Source of the DNA: Clostridia bacterium | GTDB taxonomy: Bacteria > Bacillota > Clostridia > Christensenellales > UBA3700 | Direction: 5' to 3' | Assembly: GCA_016287155.1 (NCBI GenBank) | Contig: JAEEWC010000156.1 | Coordinates: 1-60,705, forward strand | DNA length: 60,705 bases | Notes under the pieces: generated by a model | Databases searched by the model: none | What the model saw: the letters and a program-made list of their open reading frames with translations, nothing else | What the model was told of the DNA's origin: nothing | Shown: one piece after another, positions 9,172 to 19,887 of the stretch | How positions within the stretch are numbered: the first letter of the stretch is position 1 | Layout of the letters: every line of letters begins with the position of its first letter | Made by a program: the position numbers and the translations under genes

Positions 9172-9969
9172 ATGATTATAAGAAATAAAACTTTCGAATC
9201 TGGAACACACGTTATGGCAATAATTAACCTAACACCAGATTCTTTTTTTGAACTATCAAGAGTAAAAGGTGAATTAGAAGTATTAGACAGAGCTGAACGT
9301 GCTATATTAGATGGCGCTGAAGTTTTAGATTTAGGGGCTCAATCTACAAGACCAGGACACACTCCTGTTTCTGCTAAGGAGGAAATAGAAAGATTTGGGA
9401 ACATTATCTCATCTATTCGTTCTCAATTCCCAGATATTCCAATATCTATTGATACATACTACCATGAAGTTGCAAAATATGCTCTAGATCAAGGAGCTGA
9501 CTTAATCAACGACATTTGGGGTCTTCAATATGATAATGGCGAGATGGCAAAGGTTATTGCCAAATATGATGCCTCTTGCTGTTTGATGCACAACTCTACT
9601 ACAGGCGTATATAAGGACTATTGGGGCGATGTAATTTCATTCTTGAGAAAATCATTGGAGATTGCAAAAGAAGCCAAAATTGACCCTAATAAGATTTGCT
9701 TAGACGGTGGCGTTGGGTTTGGAAAGAATATTGACGAATGTTGGGAAATGCTTAATAATTATGATAAGTTAAACGTTCTTGGATATCCTCTACTTCTAGG
9801 TACATCTAGAAAGAGAATGTTTGGAGGAGATCCTCTAGATAGATTAAAGCCAACATTAGATTCTACGCTTACAGCTTGCAAGAAGAATATCTTATTTGTA
9901 AGAGTTCATGATGTTAAAGAAAACAAGGAAGTAATAGATAATTACTATGCAAACAACAATAGAAATTAA
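9172..9969 (+). CDS. folP: Dihydropteroate synthase
   Basis: GAEVLDLGAQSTRPG, DLINDIWG, GVGFGK and LLLGTSRK motifs. Confidence 0.9.
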   Translation: MIIRNKTFESGTHVMAIINLTPDSFFELSRVKGELEVLDRAERAILDGAEVLDLGAQSTRPGHTPVSAKEEIERFGNIISSIRSQFPDIPISIDTYYHEVAKYALDQGADLINDIWGLQYDNGEMAKVIAKYDASCCLMHNSTTGVYKDYWGDVISFLRKSLEIAKEAKIDPNKICLDGGVGFGKNIDECWEMLNNYDKLNVLGYPLLLGTSRKRMFGGDPLDRLKPTLDSTLTACKKNILFVRVHDVKENKEVIDNYYANNNRN

Positions 9970-10714
9970 AAATCTAAAGATCTATGCAAAGCATGGTGTG
10001 CTTGAAGAAGAAAAAAAGACAGCACAACCATTCATTTTTAACGCAACACTATACGTCAATTATTTAAATGCTGCGCTATCTGACGATTTAGCTCAAACAA
10101 TTTCTTATTGTGATGTCATGACAGACATAAAAGATTTCTGCGAAAACAATTCATTTAATCTAATTGAAACACTAACCTACAAATGTGCCCTTATGCTTAT
10201 TAAAAAATATAGAGCAATAGATAAAATTGTTCTTGCTGTAAATAAGCCAGAAGCTCCATTTGATTTAGAATTCGAAACTGTTCAAACAAAACTATCTATG
10301 TGCTGGCATAAGGTATATCTATCGCTTGGTAGCAACATAGGAAGAAAACAAGCTCAATTAAAAAAGGCTGTTAAATTATTAGATGCAGAAGAAGAAATCG
10401 AAGTTAAGAAAGTTTCTTCATTCTATAAAAATCCTCCATATGGTGGAGTTGCCACTGAAGAGTTTATAAACATAGCAGTTGAAATAGATACACTACTTGA
10501 TCCATTCGACCTATTAGATAGAATCCACAAGATTGAAGCAGCTCTTGGACGCAAGAGAACAGTTCGTTGGGGAAATAGAACAATGGATATAGATATCATC
10601 TTCTATGACGATTTACAAATAAATACTAGAGATTTAACAATACCTCATAAGGATTATAAAAATAGAGATTTCGTAATCGTGCCTCTATCTGAAATTGCAC
10701 CACATCTATTTTAG
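9947..10714 (+). CDS. folBK: Fused dihydroneopterin aldolase / 6-hydroxymethyl-dihydropterin pyrophosphokinase
   Basis: The N-terminal half (IYAKHGVLEEEKKTAQPF) is FolB-like. The C-terminal half (VYLSLGSNIG..., RWGNRTMDIDIIFY, IPHKDYKNRDFV) is FolK-like. Confidence 0.88.
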   Translation: MQTTIEIKNLKIYAKHGVLEEEKKTAQPFIFNATLYVNYLNAALSDDLAQTISYCDVMTDIKDFCENNSFNLIETLTYKCALMLIKKYRAIDKIVLAVNKPEAPFDLEFETVQTKLSMCWHKVYLSLGSNIGRKQAQLKKAVKLLDAEEEIEVKKVSSFYKNPPYGGVATEEFINIAVEIDTLLDPFDLLDRIHKIEAALGRKRTVRWGNRTMDIDIIFYDDLQINTRDLTIPHKDYKNRDFVIVPLSEIAPHLF

Positions 10715-13516
10715 AATTTTCTTTAAATAAATACCCGTTTTGCTATCTTTAACTTTAGCAACATCCTCAGGTGTTCCTTGAGCGATTATTTGTCCGCCCT
10801 TGTCTCCACCTTCTGGGCCTAAGTCAATAATATTATCTGCAACCTTTATAACATCAAGGTTATGTTCAATAACAACAACTGTATTTCCAGCGTCAACAAG
10901 ACGTTGTAGAATCTTAACTAATTTTTGTACATCTGCAGCATGAAGACCAGTAGTTGGTTCATCTAAGATATACAATGTTTTGCCTGTACTCTTTTTTGAA
11001 AGTTCAGTAGCAAGTTTAACTCTTTGCGCTTCACCACCAGATAGCGTTGTAGCACTTTGTCCAAGCTTAATGTATCCAAGGCCTACATCTTGAAGAGTTT
11101 TAATCTTGTTATAGATTTGAGGATGGTTCTTGAAGAATTCGCAAGCCTCGGTAATTGTCATATCTAAAACATCATAAATGCTCTTGCCTTTATATTTAAC
11201 TTCTAGTGTTTCTCTATTGTATCTCTTACCATGGCAAACTTCACAAGGCACATATACATCGTTTAAGAAATTCATTTCAATCTTGATTATGCCATCGCCT
11301 TCACAGTTTTCACATCTACCACCAGATATGTTGAATGAGAATCTACCAGGAGCATAGCCACGAGCTTTTGCATCTGGAGTTTGAGAAAATAGTGTTCTTA
11401 TTGCTGTAAACACACCAGTGTATGTAGCTGGGTTTGAACGTGGTGTTCTACCTATTGGTTGTTGATCGATGTCGATTACTTTATCTATTTGATCTAATCC
11501 TTCAATAGTATCGCAATAATCAAAAGCATCATAAACACCATTTAGATAATTTGTAGCACTAATGTTTAGAGTTTCATTAATTAAACTACTCTTACCAGAC
11601 CCAGATACACCAGTTATAACGTTAAATAATCCAAGAGGAATTGAAACATCCACATTCTTTAGATTGTTCTTTTTAGCACCCTTTATAGTAATAAAACCAT
11701 TCGTTGGTTTCTTCCTTTCTTGAGGTACAGGAATAACTATCTTTCCCGCTAAATATTGACCTGTAATGGATTTTTCGCATTTTTCTAGGTCCTCAGCTGT
11801 GCCTTGAGCAACTACTTTACCACCATGTATACCAGCTCCTGGACCAATGTCTATAATCCAATCTGCTCTACGCATTGTATCTTCATCGTGCTCAACTACA
11901 ATTAGTGTATTCCCTAAATCTCTTAAATTCTCAAGTGCATTTAATAGCTTATCGTTATCTGATTGATGAAGACCAATACTTGGCTCATCAAGAATATATA
12001 AAACGCCTGTTAATCCAGAACCGATTTGTGTTGCTAGACGAATTCTTTGGCTCTCACCACCAGATAATGTGCTTGAAGCTCTATCTAGCGTCAAATAGCC
12101 TAATCCTACGTTCTTTAAGAAGTTTAATCGTGCAACTATCTCTTTAACGATTTGAGCGCCAATTATAGCCTCAGCGCCCTTTAATTCTAATCCTTTGAAG
12201 AACGCAAGTAATTTATCTACGCTCATAGAACACATATCTGCTATGTTTAATCCTTTAACAGTAACGGCTAAAGCTTCTTTTTTCAATCTCTTTCCTTGAC
12301 AAGCATCGCAAGGAACAAGCTTCATATATTTGTCTAGTGATGTTTTAATGAATTCAGATGTTGTTTCTCTATATCTCTTCATAAGTGTTGGGACAACACC
12401 TGGATATTTTCTAGAGATTGAGCCTTGTAACTTTCCAGTATTTATAGCAATATCTAATTTACCATCAATACCATAAAGGATTTTATCTAACTTCTCTTTT
12501 GGGATTTCTCGAACTGGAACATCAAGTGAGAAATTCAATTTCTTTGAAAGCTCTACATATAAAGCCCATGGAATATTACATACTTCCATTAAATACCCTT
12601 TAGCATTTAGGGCGCCTTCGTGAATTGTTTTATCCCATTGAATTAATTTTGTTAAGTCAATATCATTTGTATAACCAAGACCAGTACATGTTGGACATGC
12701 GCCAAATGGCGAATTGAATGAGAATGTTCTTGGTTCTAATTCTTCAATAGAGATTCCGCAATCTGGACAAGCGTATTTAGTGCTAAGTAGTTGGATATCT
12801 CCATTTATATCTATTTCAACTAAACCTTCTGTTAGATTAAGTGCGTTTTCAAGTGAATCTGTTAATCTTCTTTGAATGCCATCTTTAACAATTAATCTAT
12901 CTACAACAATTGAGATTGTATGCTTAATGTTTTTATCTAGATTAATTTCTTCATCGAATGTATAATCGACTCCATCAATAATTAATCTTGCATAGCCCTT
13001 TTTCTTATAAGATTCTAATTCTTTTTTATATTCACCCTTCTTACCACGAGCAATAGGAGCAAGTATTCTAACCTTTGTGCCCTCAGGGTTATTCATAACT
13101 ATATCTGCGATTTGATCTACGGTTTGATGTTTAATTTCTCTTCCACAATTTGGACAGTGTGGCACACCCATCTTTGCGAAAAGTAGTCTTAGGTGGTCAT
13201 ATATTTCTGTTACTGTACCAACGGTTGAACGTGGGTTTTTTGATGTTGTCTTTTGGTCAATTGAAATTGATGGAGATAAGCCTTCAATTAAATCTACATC
13301 TGGCTTATCCATTTGGCCCAAAAATTGTCTTGCGTATGAAGATAAACTTTCTATATATCTTCTTTGGCCTTCAGCGAATATGGTATCAAATGCAAGCGAA
13401 GACTTACCAGAACCAGAAAGTCCTGTTATAACAACAAGCTTATCTTTAGGAATATTCAAAGAAATATTCTTTAGATTATTTACTCTTGCACCTTTAATTC
13501 TAATTTCGTTTATCAT
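10706..13516 (-). CDS. uvrA: Excinuclease ABC subunit A
   Basis: 936 aa. Two ABC modules ([23 protein letters not shown]; [10 protein letters not shown]), [16 protein letters not shown] signatures and zinc-finger cysteine pairs. Confidence 0.97.
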   Translation of the reverse strand: MINEIRIKGARVNNLKNISLNIPKDKLVVITGLSGSGKSSLAFDTIFAEGQRRYIESLSSYARQFLGQMDKPDVDLIEGLSPSISIDQKTTSKNPRSTVGTVTEIYDHLRLLFAKMGVPHCPNCGREIKHQTVDQIADIVMNNPEGTKVRILAPIARGKKGEYKKELESYKKKGYARLIIDGVDYTFDEEINLDKNIKHTISIVVDRLIVKDGIQRRLTDSLENALNLTEGLVEIDINGDIQLLSTKYACPDCGISIEELEPRTFSFNSPFGACPTCTGLGYTNDIDLTKLIQWDKTIHEGALNAKGYLMEVCNIPWALYVELSKKLNFSLDVPVREIPKEKLDKILYGIDGKLDIAINTGKLQGSISRKYPGVVPTLMKRYRETTSEFIKTSLDKYMKLVPCDACQGKRLKKEALAVTVKGLNIADMCSMSVDKLLAFFKGLELKGAEAIIGAQIVKEIVARLNFLKNVGLGYLTLDRASSTLSGGESQRIRLATQIGSGLTGVLYILDEPSIGLHQSDNDKLLNALENLRDLGNTLIVVEHDEDTMRRADWIIDIGPGAGIHGGKVVAQGTAEDLEKCEKSITGQYLAGKIVIPVPQERKKPTNGFITIKGAKKNNLKNVDVSIPLGLFNVITGVSGSGKSSLINETLNISATNYLNGVYDAFDYCDTIEGLDQIDKVIDIDQQPIGRTPRSNPATYTGVFTAIRTLFSQTPDAKARGYAPGRFSFNISGGRCENCEGDGIIKIEMNFLNDVYVPCEVCHGKRYNRETLEVKYKGKSIYDVLDMTITEACEFFKNHPQIYNKIKTLQDVGLGYIKLGQSATTLSGGEAQRVKLATELSKKSTGKTLYILDEPTTGLHAADVQKLVKILQRLVDAGNTVVVIEHNLDVIKVADNIIDLGPEGGDKGGQIIAQGTPEDVAKVKDSKTGIYLKKILK

Positions 13517-15471
13517 TTAATATCCTTTATAAATTCTTTTAGCTTACTAATCTCATCTCTATAGTGAATAGCCATTTCAAAATCAAGATTAGCAGCAGCT
13601 AGCTTCATAGAAGATTTTAATCTATCTAATTCTTTTTGTATATCTTTTTTAGACATACTATCAATATCTCTTGCACTCTTTTTAGATATCTCAAGCGTGT
13701 TTTTAACATCTTTAATGATTGTCTTTGGTATGATGTTGTGTTCTTTATTATACGCCATTTGAAGCTCTCTTCTTCTTTGAGTTTCATCAATTGCTCTCTT
13801 CATTGAATCGGTCATCACATCTGCATACATTATAACTTTAGCTTCAGCATTTCTTGCAGCACGGCCAATTGTTTGGATAAGTGCTGTATCTGATCTTAAG
13901 AAGCCTTCTTTATCAGCATCGAGTATAGCAACTAAAGTAACTTCTGGCATATCTAAGCCTTCACGAAGTAAGTTAATACCAACAAGGACATCAAAATCTC
14001 CTCTTCTTAATCCGTTGACAAGTTCAACTCTCTCTAGCGTATCGACATCTGAGTGCATATATTTAACTTTGTAGTGATGTTCTTTTAGATAATCTGTTAA
14101 ATCCTCTGCCATAACTTTTGTTAATGTAGTTATAAGAACTCTACCTTTCTTTTCAAGTTGCTCATTGATGTTTGTCATTAAATCATCAATTTGACCTTCA
14201 ATCTTATGTATCTCAACGATTGGATCTAAAAGCCCCGTTGGACGAATTACTTGTTCAACCACTTGCCCAGCCTCTGCCATCTCTTGTGGCCCTGGAGTCG
14301 CGGATACACAAATCATTTGATGAACTCGTCTATCAAATTCTTCATACTTTAGTGGTCTATTATCATAAGCAGATGGTAATCTAAAACCAAAGTTTACAAG
14401 GTTAGTCTTTCTAGATAAATCCCCTCTATACATTGCGTGTATTTGAGGAAGTGTCATATGAGATTCATCAATTAATACTAAATAGTCATCCGGGAAGAAG
14501 TCCATTAATGTATAAGGAGCTTGTCCAACTTCTCTTCCATCAAAATATCTTGAATAGTTTTCAATACCAGAACAATATCCCATCTCTCTTATCATTTCAA
14601 TATCGTATGATGTTCTTTCTTGTATTCTTTGAGCTTCGATGAATTTCTCTTCTTTCTTGAATGATTCAACTTGCTCTAGCATATCTGCGTGTATTCTTTC
14701 TAGTGCTTCTTCTCTCTTTTCTTTTTGAACAACATAATGAGATGCTGGGAATATATTTACGTGGCTAAGCTTAGTTAGAGTCTTGCCAGTTACTATTTCA
14801 AATTCTTTTATAGCTTCAACTTCATCCCCGAAAAACTCAACACGTATGCCCTTTTTGTCTTCTTGTACTGGATAAATTTCAACTATATCTCCATTAACTC
14901 TAAATGTAGCTCTTTCAAATGCCATATCATTTCTTACGTATTGAAGTTCTACTAATTGGTCAATTAAAGCATCTCTATCTAGTGTCATTCCTTCTCTTAA
15001 AGATATAGCCATCGAGAAATATTCAATAGGCGCACCAAGCCCATAGATACATGAAACTGAAGCAACTACAATAACATCTCTACCTTCGCATAAAGCTGAT
15101 GTAGCTGAATTTCTCAATCTATCTATCTCGTCATTAATTGCTAAGTCCTTTTCAATGTATGTGTCTGATGATGGGATGTAAGCTTCTGGTTGATAATAAT
15201 CGTAATAAGAAACAAAATACTCAACTCTATTGTTTGGGAAGAATTCCCTAAACTCATTACAAAGTTGAGCAGCTAAAGTTTTGTTATGCGCTATAACTAG
15301 AGTTGGACGATTTGCCTTTTGAATTATATTGGCCATAGTAAAAGTCTTACCAGAACCAGTAACGCCCTTTAAAACCTGAGTGCGTAAACCATCGTTTAAG
15401 CCCTCTACTAGTTTATCTATGGCTTGTGATTGATCACCACAAGGTTTGAATTTTGAAACTAAATCGAACAT
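13513..15471 (-). CDS. uvrB: Excinuclease ABC subunit B
   Basis: [27 protein letters not shown] and the C-terminal UVR domain ([12 protein letters not shown]). Confidence 0.97.
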   Translation of the reverse strand: MFDLVSKFKPCGDQSQAIDKLVEGLNDGLRTQVLKGVTGSGKTFTMANIIQKANRPTLVIAHNKTLAAQLCNEFREFFPNNRVEYFVSYYDYYQPEAYIPSSDTYIEKDLAINDEIDRLRNSATSALCEGRDVIVVASVSCIYGLGAPIEYFSMAISLREGMTLDRDALIDQLVELQYVRNDMAFERATFRVNGDIVEIYPVQEDKKGIRVEFFGDEVEAIKEFEIVTGKTLTKLSHVNIFPASHYVVQKEKREEALERIHADMLEQVESFKKEEKFIEAQRIQERTSYDIEMIREMGYCSGIENYSRYFDGREVGQAPYTLMDFFPDDYLVLIDESHMTLPQIHAMYRGDLSRKTNLVNFGFRLPSAYDNRPLKYEEFDRRVHQMICVSATPGPQEMAEAGQVVEQVIRPTGLLDPIVEIHKIEGQIDDLMTNINEQLEKKGRVLITTLTKVMAEDLTDYLKEHHYKVKYMHSDVDTLERVELVNGLRRGDFDVLVGINLLREGLDMPEVTLVAILDADKEGFLRSDTALIQTIGRAARNAEAKVIMYADVMTDSMKRAIDETQRRRELQMAYNKEHNIIPKTIIKDVKNTLEISKKSARDIDSMSKKDIQKELDRLKSSMKLAAANLDFEMAIHYRDEISKLKEFIKDIK

Positions 15472-15480
15472 CTCTTTTTT

Positions 15481-15843
15481 TTATGCAAAGATTGCAGCTA
15501 GGATTCTAGATAGAATGAATGATGCAATAACACCAGATACAGTCAAGATAATCTTCATCTTGATTTGTCTTTGTTCTGCAGCGATTTGTCTTGAGAAATC
15601 ATAGCCTGCTTGTTGCAATGTAATGCAATAATATTTATCCCCATGCTTTTCTGTCTCTATCATTTCGAAGTATCCTTCGTTAGCTAAAGACTTCATTGAT
15701 GGTTCTAAATCTTCTTGTGAAAACTCCATTGAATATGGAATATCTTTTAACAAATCTAAATAGCTAACTAAACAAACTCCATCCTTTTTGATGGCTTTGT
15801 TGTATACAACCTTCATTAATGCCTTAGTCTTTTTAGTTAGCAT
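15481..15843 (-). CDS. Hypothetical protein: small soluble (wHTH-like?) domain with a C-terminal TM tail
   Basis: 120 aa. The C-terminus is IILTVSGVIASFILSRILAAIFA. Same architecture as the neighbouring 155-aa ORF. Confidence 0.45.
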   Translation of the reverse strand: MLTKKTKALMKVVYNKAIKKDGVCLVSYLDLLKDIPYSMEFSQEDLEPSMKSLANEGYFEMIETEKHGDKYYCITLQQAGYDFSRQIAAEQRQIKMKIILTVSGVIASFILSRILAAIFA

Positions 15844-15852
15844 GGATTACTC

Positions 15853-16320
15853 CTATAGTAATTTTACTAGTAACATTATACCACAAACGATAGCGCCGCC
15901 CAAACCGCCACCAAGTATACCCCATAGGAATGCTCCTAGATTGAATATAATCTTTGGCTTTTTTGTTAGAGGCGCAATTTCGTTTTCTGTTTTTGGTATT
16001 ACGATAACTGAATTGCCTTGTTCGTCAGTCTTTATAACCTTCTCTTTAGATACCTTTGCTTTTTCTAGAACTTCATAATCGTTCTTGATTAAAAGTGCTT
16101 TATCTGTCAAGGCAAAACATACTTCGTCATCGTCTTTATATTTTTGATTTAAACATTGATTTAATCTAACTTCTTCAAAAACGTTCTTAACTTCATCAAG
16201 AGAAACATCTTTTTCGTCAAAGCATTTAGCAACTTCATCCCAAGAATATATTACATATTCCTTGCCAGAAATTACTTTGCTTAGACCCATTACTAATTTC
16301 GTTGCTCTTTCAGATAACAT
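15853..16320 (-). CDS. Hypothetical protein: small soluble domain with a C-terminal Gly-rich TM tail (paralogue-like of 15481..15843)
   Basis: 155 aa. The C-terminus is LGAFLWGILGGGLGGAIVCGIMLLVKLL. The N-terminal pattern ML(S/T)...TK.(L)(V)M matches its neighbour. Confidence 0.45.
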   Translation of the reverse strand: MLSERATKLVMGLSKVISGKEYVIYSWDEVAKCFDEKDVSLDEVKNVFEEVRLNQCLNQKYKDDDEVCFALTDKALLIKNDYEVLEKAKVSKEKVIKTDEQGNSVIVIPKTENEIAPLTKKPKIIFNLGAFLWGILGGGLGGAIVCGIMLLVKLL

Positions 16321-16321
16321 A

Positions 16322-17593
16322 TTATTCTTCTACTCTAATTACGTTTTCTACTTTGATAATATTCTTTAAGCCAGAGATTTCTTCAATAGCTTTATTCATC
16401 GCATTTTCTGTTGTCTTTCTTGTAACGAAGATAATTGGGATAATGTCATCTTTCTTATCTTGTCTGATTTGAGATACAGAAATGTTATATTTCTTTAGAA
16501 CTGTTGTAACGTCAGCTAAAACGCCTGGAGCATCATGAACAGTCATTCTTACATAGTATGCACTTTCGAAATCTGCAATGATATCATCCTTTGTCATTTC
16601 ATTGAACATTTCGCCATATCTTGCGTGTTCAACTTGTCTTGCACAATAAATGATATCTGATACGATAGCACTACCTGTAGGAAGATCACCAGCACCTCTA
16701 CCATAAATCATGATATCGCCAACAGCATCACCAACTACAAATACTGCATTGAATGAACCGCTAACTGAAGATAGTGGGTGTTCTTTTGGTAAGAATACTG
16801 GGTGAACTCTTGCTTCAATCTTGCCACCCTTTTGTTTAGCAATTGCAAGTAGTTTTACGATATATCCAAGATCTTTACCAATTGCGATATCTTCAGCAGT
16901 AATCTTTGTGATACCTTCTCTGAATACTAAATCTACTGGTAATCTCTTGTTGAATGCTAAAGAAGATAAGATAGATAGCTTATAGCTTGAATCGTATCCT
17001 TCAACGTCTGCAACTGGGTTAGCTTCAGCATAGCCTAGTGCTTGAGCATCTTTTAAAACGGCTGCATAGTCAGCATTTTCATTTGTCATTCTTGTTAGGA
17101 TGTAGTTTGTTGTACCGTTAATAATAGCCTTGATTTCAAGGATGTTATTAGCTTGCATTGCAGTTGTCATTGTTCTGATGATTGGCATACCACCACCAGT
17201 TGTTGCTTCATAGTAAAGACCAGCGCCTGTCTTTTGTGCTGCTCTTTCTAGATCTGGCCAAGACTTAGCGAACATTTCCTTGTTTGATGTAACAATGCTC
17301 TTTCCAGCCTCAAGTGCCTTTGTTAAGAAAGTCTTTGCTGGCTCAAGTCCGCCCATACATTCAACTACGATATCTACATTTGGATTTTCACAAATTTCAT
17401 CGATTGATTTTGCTAGTATATCTAAGCTTAATCCTAGTGCTGTTACTCTTTCTGGACGCAAATCTAATACAGCTGCGATTTCAACATCAACGCCATATTC
17501 TTCTTTGATTGCTTCTCTTCTATTCATTAAGATTTTGCAAGTTCCGCCACCTACAACACCTAGTCCTAATACTGCTACGCCTACTTTTTTCAT
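16322..17593 (-). CDS. hom: Homoserine dehydrogenase with a C-terminal ACT domain
   Basis: NAD-binding VAVLGLGVVGGG, NGTTNYIL and the GYAEANPVADVEGYDSSYKL motif. ACT-like tail. Confidence 0.92.
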   Translation of the reverse strand: MKKVGVAVLGLGVVGGGTCKILMNRREAIKEEYGVDVEIAAVLDLRPERVTALGLSLDILAKSIDEICENPNVDIVVECMGGLEPAKTFLTKALEAGKSIVTSNKEMFAKSWPDLERAAQKTGAGLYYEATTGGGMPIIRTMTTAMQANNILEIKAIINGTTNYILTRMTNENADYAAVLKDAQALGYAEANPVADVEGYDSSYKLSILSSLAFNKRLPVDLVFREGITKITAEDIAIGKDLGYIVKLLAIAKQKGGKIEARVHPVFLPKEHPLSSVSGSFNAVFVVGDAVGDIMIYGRGAGDLPTGSAIVSDIIYCARQVEHARYGEMFNEMTKDDIIADFESAYYVRMTVHDAPGVLADVTTVLKKYNISVSQIRQDKKDDIIPIIFVTRKTTENAMNKAIEEISGLKNIIKVENVIRVEE

Positions 17594-17605
17594 TTTGTAC
17601 CGTCC

Positions 17606-18382
17606 TTATTCTTTATTCATGTCGTAAATTAATTTTAATCCTTTTAGCGTTAAATATCTATCTATTTTATATATTTTTAAAGATTTATCTACGCCACATA
17701 CAAGTTCACTTAAACCACCTGTAACCACTACCTTAGCATCTGGGAATCCAGAATCTTCTCTCATCTTGTCGATTAGATACTTAACAAGACCTGTCATACC
17801 ATATACGATGCCTGATTGTAGATTTGACATCATTGTTCTACCAATTGATGATTCAGGCTTTTGAATTTCAACGTTTGTTAGTTTTGATGCGTTATTAACT
17901 AAGGCTTCAAGTGATGTCTTAATTCCTGGAGCAATTGAACCGCCTAAGAATTCGCCTTTATCTGAAATCATGTTAAATGTTGTAGCTGTACCAAAGTCTA
18001 CGACTATACATGGCCCGCCGTATAACTTGTATGCTGCAACTGAATTAACGATTCTATCTGCGCCTAATTCGTGTGGATTTAAATACTTAATATTTAACCC
18101 TGTCTTAATTCCAGGTCCTACCATAATTGGAGTTTTGTGCATGTAATATTGACATGCGTGTTCAACTGTGTAGTTTAGAGTTGGTTGAACAGAAGACATG
18201 ATAATACCATCAATATCTTTAAATCCAAGTCCCTTTGTCTTGAATAATGAATCCATTGAAATACCAAATTCATCGGCTGTTCTTGCAACCTTTACAGATA
18301 ATCTCCAAGATTGAACAAGTTTGTCCTTGTCGTAAACTCCTAACTTAATATTAGTATTCCCTACATCAACTACTAAAAGCAT
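17606..18382 (-). CDS. coaX: Type III pantothenate kinase
   Basis: MLLVVDVGNTNIKLGVY, ADRIVN, VVDFGTATTF, GGL. Confidence 0.92.
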   Translation of the reverse strand: MLLVVDVGNTNIKLGVYDKDKLVQSWRLSVKVARTADEFGISMDSLFKTKGLGFKDIDGIIMSSVQPTLNYTVEHACQYYMHKTPIMVGPGIKTGLNIKYLNPHELGADRIVNSVAAYKLYGGPCIVVDFGTATTFNMISDKGEFLGGSIAPGIKTSLEALVNNASKLTNVEIQKPESSIGRTMMSNLQSGIVYGMTGLVKYLIDKMREDSGFPDAKVVVTGGLSELVCGVDKSLKIYKIDRYLTLKGLKLIYDMNKE

Positions 18383-18393
18383 ATTACCTCTCT

Positions 18394-19089
18394 TTAAGCT
18401 TCGCTTGTGTTTGTATTTTCATTCACGCCATCTATAATTGTATCATTAATTGGCTCTTCGTTTAAGATGGCTTTTTTGTCTAACTTTTTATCTTCAACTA
18501 AATGAGCTTTCTTAATTGCAAATACAATAGGTGGTGTAATAATTGCAAATGTTATAAATTCGATTACAAAGTTCAATGAGAACCATGCAAGAATGTATTT
18601 AATATTTATAGCTGTTCCATTAGATAATTCTTTGTTGTTGAAGAACAATAATGTGAATGCACCTACAAACAATGTGTTTGTAATTGTACCGATTGCTGCT
18701 GATGTGAAATATACAGCTTGATCTGCAGCGATTCTCTTACCACCAGATACATTCTTCTTATCTAATAGCTTTTCTAGCCCTACTCTTACTAACCAAGCAT
18801 CAATACCAATCATAGTTCTTGCTACAACACATACAAAGAAGTTTTGGAATACTGGAGCAAGTGGAGATGCTGCTTTAGTTGTGAACCAAGCAATGTAATT
18901 TACCATACCCATCATAAAAGACAAAATGACTGTTGTCTTGAAGTCTTCTACTTGTGCAATTACAAGTACTGGTAAGATCATAAGTGCTAAGGAAATTGTT
19001 CCGAATGTTATTGGCACGAAACAGAAAATAATAATAAGTGCCAACATTAGCGCAAGTAGCGCAATCTTTTTTGTGTAACTTTTTTTCAT
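18394..19089 (-). CDS. Multi-pass membrane protein, probably an ECF-transporter S component (pantothenate-type is a guess from its position next to coaX)
   Basis: About 6 TM helices. I prefer the start MKKSYTKK at 19089 (GAGG RBS). The track's 26-codon N-terminal extension has no RBS. Confidence 0.5.
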   Translation of the reverse strand: MKKSYTKKIALLALMLALIIIFCFVPITFGTISLALMILPVLVIAQVEDFKTTVILSFMMGMVNYIAWFTTKAASPLAPVFQNFFVCVVARTMIGIDAWLVRVGLEKLLDKKNVSGGKRIAADQAVYFTSAAIGTITNTLFVGAFTLLFFNNKELSNGTAINIKYILAWFSLNFVIEFITFAIITPPIVFAIKKAHLVEDKKLDKKAILNEEPINDTIIDGVNENTNTSEA

Positions 19090-19243
19090 TTCAACCTCGC
19101 TTGAGTTCCTTGCGGATACCCATCTAATTGTGACTTTTAAATTTCGGTAATACAGCCCATGTGCCATTTACCAAAAATGAGTATATCATTAGATATAAAA
19201 TTAAGCAACCATATTGAGTTACCCACCTAATGTACTGTACTAT

Positions 19244-19347
19244 TTATACCATATCGGGTATATTTTGTAGTTTTAATAGGCATTTTATACCTTAACGGGT
19301 GTAAAACACTCTAAAACTATTGACTTTGCACCTTATCGGGTGTAAAA
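19244..19347 (+). promoter_or_regulatory. hip promoter with three phased palindromic operators (coordinates +/-1 nt)
   Basis: Operators: TATACC-ATATCG-GGTATA (19244-19261), TATACC-TTAACG-GGTGTA (19285-19302) and TGCACC-TTATCG-GGTGTA (19326-19343), with starts 41 nt apart. Promoter: TTGACT (19319-19324), 17-nt spacer, TAAAAT (19342-19347). Operator 3 fills the spacer. Confidence 0.7.
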
Positions 19348-19354
19348 TGATGCC

Positions 19355-19561
19355 ATGAATAAGATTGCAGAATTTATAAAATCAGAAAGAAAGAAAGCTG
19401 GATTAACTCAACCTGAATTCGCATTAAGATCAGGTTTGGGGCTAAGATTTGTCCGCGAACTTGAACAAGGCAAAGAAACTGTCCGAATGGATAAAGTAAA
19501 CATTGCCCTAGCCATGTTTGGAGCAACTGCTGTCCCAGGCGAATTAGAAAAAGGTGAATAA
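19355..19561 (+). CDS. hipB: HipB-like XRE-family HTH antitoxin/repressor
   Basis: 68 aa. LTQPEFALRSGLGLRFVRELEQGKETVRMDKV is a Cro/C1 HTH. The stop overlaps the next start (TAATG). Confidence 0.8.
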   Translation: MNKIAEFIKSERKKAGLTQPEFALRSGLGLRFVRELEQGKETVRMDKVNIALAMFGATAVPGELEKGE

Positions 19562-19887
19562 TGGAAAATAGAGTTGCTTATGTTTATATTTGCGATATAT
19601 TTGCCGGTGTTTTATCAGAAATTGATTCCGGTTATATGTTTGCATATGACAGCAATTATCTAAAATTAGATAATAAAAAGCCTGTATCATTAACTCTACC
19701 TCTTCAAGAAGCACCTTACATATCATCTACTCTATTTTCATTCTTTGATGGACTAATTCCAGAAGGATGGATGCTTGATGTAGTAATTAAAAATTGGAAA
19801 CTAGATAGAAATGATAGATTCGGCGCACTTCTATTGTGCTGTGCCGATTGCGTTGGGAATGTAACAATTCGAGGTAACAAAGTATGA
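19561..19887 (+). CDS. hipS: HipA N-terminal-subdomain protein (HipS-like)
   Basis: 108 aa. VYICDIFAGVLSE...YMFAYDSNYL....PVSLTLPL......FFDGLIPEGW matches the 'couple_hipA' N-terminal domain pattern. ATGA overlap with the next gene. Confidence 0.75.
   Translation: MENRVAYVYICDIFAGVLSEIDSGYMFAYDSNYLKLDNKKPVSLTLPLQEAPYISSTLFSFFDGLIPEGWMLDVVIKNWKLDRNDRFGALLLCCADCVGNVTIRGNKV

Noticed and set aside
19090-19167. 26-codon extension of the ECF S-component ORF
   Set aside because: There is no Shine-Dalgarno sequence before the ATG at 19167. The sequence is non-hydrophobic and arginine-rich, unlike the rest of the protein. MKKSYTKK at 19089 has a GAGG RBS.
19354-19561. Apparent one-nucleotide excess (an extra C near 19500/19501) when I translated hipB by hand, which would imply a frameshift
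   Set aside because: The computed ORF track gives an intact 68-aa frame (19355..19561), and the flanking ORF coordinates check out. I attribute the discrepancy to my manual reading. For this reason the operator coordinates upstream are given as +/-1 nt. It is worth a quick computational check.
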